Assembly: GCA_041651095.1 (NCBI GenBank)
Contig: JBAZJV010000002.1
Span: forward strand, 43,621 to 107,620
Direction: 5' to 3'
Source of the DNA: Patescibacteria group bacterium
GTDB taxonomy: Bacteria; Patescibacteriota; Patescibacteriia; Patescibacteriales; UBA12465
Length of the DNA stretch: 64,000 bases
The stretch's first letter is position 1; the number at the start of each line of letters is the position of its first letter. The position numbers and the translations under genes were made by a program. The notes beneath the pieces were generated by a model. The model was not told the DNA's origin. It was given only the letters and a program-made list of their open reading frames with translations, and ran no database searches. Positions 61,501-64,000 of the stretch are shown here, piece after piece.

Positions 61501-64000
61501 CAAGGATCGGCTTTCGGGCAATCGCCGTCGCAGGCCGCCAGGCTCGGGTAATTGCCGATCTTCAGTGGCGTCGAAGAAGCGCATTTGGTCGGATCGCCCG
61601 GCGGCGTCGCATAAGCGTCCTGACATTTATAATAGGCGCAATAGCCGAAATCCGGATTAGCCGGATCCGTCGTGATACCCTGTCCATTGCCGCCGCGGCA
61701 GACATCATCCGTCGTCGTGGCCGTTTTTCTGGCATCCAGGCAGCAGACGCCGCTATGGTCGCTGCAGTCCTGGCCGCTCAAACCGGCGCAATCCGTACAG
61801 ACGCCGTTCGGAAATTGCGGATTATTGATATCGCAGAATTGTCCGCTATGGCCGGCGCAGTTGCAGGCCGCATCCCGCTCGACCGCCGTATCGCCGGCCG
61901 CTTTGCAGCCGCCGCAACGGCCCAAAGTCACATTGCTGGTCTTACCGGTATCGACGCCGCAACTGCCCTCGCATTTCAAAGGGGCGCAGCAATCGCGGGC
62001 GTCCTGACCGATAGTACAGCAACAATCGCAAGTCGGCTGATCCGGCACGACGCATTTATCCTGGCCGGCCTGAAAACTCCTAGCGCAAGTCGCGCTGCCA
62101 GCGCAAAGCTCGGGCGAAACGCAATGTCCGGTTGAATCAGTGGCCTGTAATTTAACGCATTGGAGATCGGATGAACAAATGGCGCAAGTAGAGTTCAAAT
62201 CAATACATTTATTATTGCTTCCCTTGCTCCAGCCGTCCGGACAGGAAGAGCTTAGCGCGATTTCCCAATGTCGGTCGCTGTTGCAAGTGGCTGCCGTCTG
62301 GCGGGTCTGGCCGTCCATGACATAGGAGATCGTCTGGTCCACATCGCAACCGCCGCCGGCTTCATTCTGCACGCATTTATCGATCGTCGCTTCATAATGG
62401 CAAGCCGCCCCCAATAGCCCGCAGCCATTAAAACCGGCACAGCTGAAATCGCAATCCCCGACGACCTTCTTCCCGCCGCCGGCATAGGGCGAGCAGGACC
62501 CGGGCACGTTCGGGCAGCTGGTTCCGGTCTGGCAGGCGCCGAAATAGCTGGCCAGGCCGGCACAGCTGCCAGTTGTCGGGTCGCTGGAGGTGCTGAAAGT
62601 CGTATTGAAGCTCCACTCGAATACCGAATTAGGAATATCGATGAAACAATCAGCCAAGGCATTGGCGCAACGACCGGATTTATAAGTATTGGCCGGACAG
62701 CAAACTTGAGTGCCGCAATCGGCGTCAGCCGTACATTCGCCAATGGCAAAATTCAATTCATTGCCCCAAACGCTCTTATTGATCACCCGGACCGGACCAG
62801 TGATCGCTCCTGTCGGCACGGCGGTCTTGATCATATTCGCCCGCCCGTCCTTCTGGATGGTGCCGGTCGCATTCTTATCATAATTGAATTTGACCAGCCC
62901 TTCGCTGTTAAGCGTACCGAAATATTCGCCCCAGAGCGTTACCGGCGTTCCGGCCGGGCCGCGATCCGGTTCGATTTTGCATAAACTGGATCTCAAATCC
63001 AGATTCTTGTCGAACCTAAAAGCGTTCGGATTGAGTTGCTGGGTGTCTATCGTCGTCGTCCCGATCAGCATCCGGATGACCTGGTCGCCGTCGCTCAATC
63101 CGGGCGGCACCTTGACGACCACCTGATTATTCTTCCAGACTGAATTCAAGCACATATCCGGAAAATCATAGGCCGCTTCCGTGTTGCCGAAATAAACGCG
63201 GGCCGAGCCGCGGGCGCCGCCGAAAGCGTTGCCGCGGATAGTCACGTACTGGCCGGTATTGCCGGCGGTCGGATAGAACGAGGAGATATAGGGACCGGCG
63301 GCCGGTTCGGTCTCTTTGGTGAAACGCAGGTAATTGCTCTTTTCCGGCCGGCCGTTTAACGTATTCTGGACGAAGCTGCCGGATTCGCCGGGCTTGATAT
63401 TGGGAGTGGTGGAAGTGCCGGCTAGGCCGTCCGCCTCGTTGAATTGGGAATCCAGCGCCTTGACGTTGTTCTTATAATTACCGAAATAGGCTTGGCTGGA
63501 ATAAAGATTGACTCCCTGGTAAGCCACCTGCGACGCCATGACGCCGCTGTTAGGATCCAAATAGCACAAGCCGGGACGGCTGATGCTATTGGCTTGGAAA
63601 TCGGCGATGGCCGGTCCGTAGTCGTCATTAGTCGTATCCGACAGGCCGTCCTGATTCACGACTTTGATCGGTCCGGAGCTGACGCCGCCGGGGACAGCAA
63701 TTACGATCTGTTCGTCGTTCCAAGTATTTATGCAAGCCGGATTCAGGCTGGCCGGCTGGTTGCCGAGCGCCGGTATAGTATTGGCGGCGAAGACTACTTG
63801 GCTGCCCGTGGCGGAATAAGTCTCAAAATTCTTGCCGGTAATGGTTAGAAAATTATTAGCCGTACCATTAGGCGTGCTTAAATCGCAGCCGGTCGTGCAA
63901 TCGCTATCCTGAACACATGATTTATTGGAATCCTCCTGGCAAAAGCCGCCGACCGGACTGATTTCCGTAATGACCGGCGGACCATAGCACAAACAAGTCT
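58587..64000 (-). CDS. Giant secreted cysteine-rich surface protein with IPT/TIG-like and fibronectin-III-like domains (5' end beyond the window)
   Basis: More than 1800 aa, and the frame stays open to nt 64000. It has repeated IPT-like segments (GPYISSFYPTAGNTGQYVTIRGNAFGG; CKIEPDRGPAGTPVTLWGEYFG). It has tandem modules of the form CC.DA...GYCAYY.C...CASSTP. An FN3-like segment (PPVAPTGLNAAIIGDQLKFSWLNNTDDANFYRLYHG) is also present. Confidence 0.6.
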   Translation of the reverse strand, partial: TCLCYGPPVITEISPVGGFCQEDSNKSCVQDSDCTTGCDLSTPNGTANNFLTITGKNFETYSATGSQVVFAANTIPALGNQPASLNPACINTWNDEQIVIAVPGGVSSGPIKVVNQDGLSDTTNDDYGPAIADFQANSISRPGLCYLDPNSGVMASQVAYQGVNLYSSQAYFGNYKNNVKALDSQFNEADGLAGTSTTPNIKPGESGSFVQNTLNGRPEKSNYLRFTKETEPAAGPYISSFYPTAGNTGQYVTIRGNAFGGARGSARVYFGNTEAAYDFPDMCLNSVWKNNQVVVKVPPGLSDGDQVIRMLIGTTTIDTQQLNPNAFRFDKNLDLRSSLCKIEPDRGPAGTPVTLWGEYFGTLNSEGLVKFNYDKNATGTIQKDGRANMIKTAVPTGAITGPVRVINKSVWGNELNFAIGECTADADCGTQVCCPANTYKSGRCANALADCFIDIPNSVFEWSFNTTFSTSSDPTTGSCAGLASYFGACQTGTSCPNVPGSCSPYAGGGKKVVGDCDFSCAGFNGCGLLGAACHYEATIDKCVQNEAGGGCDVDQTISYVMDGQTRQTAATCNSDRHWEIALSSSCPDGWSKGSNNKCIDLNSTCAICSSDLQCVKLQATDSTGHCVSPELCAGSATCARSFQAGQDKCVVPDQPTCDCCCTIGQDARDCCAPLKCEGSCGVDTGKTSNVTLGRCGGCKAAGDTAVERDAACNCAGHSGQFCDINNPQFPNGVCTDCAGLSGQDCSDHSGVCCLDARKTATTTDDVCRGGNGQGITTDPANPDFGYCAYYKCQDAYATPPGDPTKCASSTPLKIGNYPSLAACDGDCPKADPCTGITDLAECQKHSNCCFDAKNDAAAKCRLGNPITGGDSQGYCAYYECAVGPTGAPVCASSTPVATGIYNSLESCTNYCVNPPSGPGLSCAGKATSTCASEKCNFPNFACFGPDGQLGVAAPDCGTCCCQPGSTTTSPFDPNIVWKCLADKGACTGASRGLYCGCTSDEQCGPDTLATIGCGSDTCCQSRPRISTTSPAHLAEKVCRNALLKIDFDSLMDISSFSSNVLLLEERNYGSGVCPSGTFVARGDSLSDILAQKNKSWLARLADQFRSTFRYLARRLSGQVLADVLPSASKLYCAVPGTVSGENAGDHTVLAFAPQKLLAPAVNYYLVVKGDENLNSKSGVLSAAEIGFNGQGYGNNAALSSYTPAKDLKFNNHSYPNSQIIKFTTLSDQSPSAGICTIDKVAVLPASYLFKTTDNDLNENDSNPAQANFDTAADRDKVFMAQAYSTDGQFLQPVTGYFWDWRLAVDNPDIAAITPIAGLPADQALVTVRGGVVDGETKLTATIDMTRFVSTACNSGNCSCQDAACSNNCCNAYSGGNGFNADSDLYVFLCNNPWPPVGADGGWQPWVDNSANCLPTSGNCSSYNYKFYYCRDAGTNGTLDDLPAIIDQAVVRGTSNNLICSSDRNPCPVLNGACGPDQNGDGAPDGLCLWNVLKESYFFRAGLPAGGAFTNAVDQRTGGAVKVEWTSDSSQAAAYKIYYLKSGKGSMLSQEFKVAQACTTSGALNNCQAVISGLTNDTPYVFKATVISANRTETQLTGEKTVTPTDGTPPVAPTGLNAAIIGDQLKFSWLNNTDDANFYRLYHGVSAGQYGESFDAAVSSVNLLYPLDQLVVGAHYFALSALDSHKNESGKSAEFSLQRDTAETITVNSRQYQLLFNNWWYQAASLAELPNGMACLVKLNVGPNAAALCNDDAIISTSSQWFAGTIKDAGAYPYCATAGCLKRVDPNKCRYLDGNWANQCYIHD

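Noticed and set aside
1-64000. CRISPR arrays, rRNA genes, diversity-generating retroelement (RT plus TR/VR pair), intact transposases or integrases.
   Set aside because: I saw no regularly spaced direct repeats, no rRNA-like conserved blocks, and no RT motif (YxDD) or DDE/tyrosine-recombinase ORFs in any frame of the ORF track. Only decayed recombinase-like fragments and one MITE-like element are present.

Overview
This is a 64 kb window from a GC-rich bacterial chromosome, roughly 55-60% GC by eye. It is gene-dense and mostly transcribed on the minus strand. The gene content and style suggest a small-genome, CPR/Patescibacteria-like organism, but that is inference only. The backbone carries housekeeping genes: hrcA with a perfect CIRCE operator, PBP2, mgtA, pgeF, rbsK, ftsE/ftsX, an FtsB/DivIC-like gene, ftsA/ftsZ, pilD, secD/secF, clpP, pyrC, an nrdR-nrdD-nrdG operon with tandem NrdR boxes, and three tRNAs. 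Three AT-rich inserts interrupt this backbone. (1) About 2.95-10.8 kb is a defence island. It holds a small Trp-containing peptide ORF next to an isoprenoid-synthase-like gene, two decayed recombinase-like 3' fragments, and a four-gene operon (OLD-family ATPase/Toprim nuclease, compact UvrD-like helicase, PD-(D/E)xK-like protein, HEPN Rx4H protein), which is a Gabija-like core with two extra putative nucleases. It also holds a single-chain nuclease-methylase-specificity R-M enzyme and a 177-bp MITE-like element whose 24-bp terminal inverted repeats each carry an outward-facing extended -10 box. (2) About 24.15-26.1 kb is a three-gene islet: an XRE-Panacea(DUF4065) antitoxin, a RelE/ParE-like toxin and a transmembrane protein. 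(3) About 50.0-51.9 kb is a secreted protein with a T9SS-type C-terminal sorting domain, which is out of place in this context. Other points of interest: the glycyl-radical motif of NrdD lies on a separate 45-codon ORF that is absent from the ORF track. All three tRNAs have C instead of the near-universal U at T-loop position 55. Two paralogous proteins carry only a PEP-utilizing swivel domain. An 11-kb minus-strand cluster encodes giant cysteine-rich surface proteins. No rRNA genes, CRISPR arrays or reverse transcriptases were seen. All functional calls rest on motif recognition by eye; no database searches were run.
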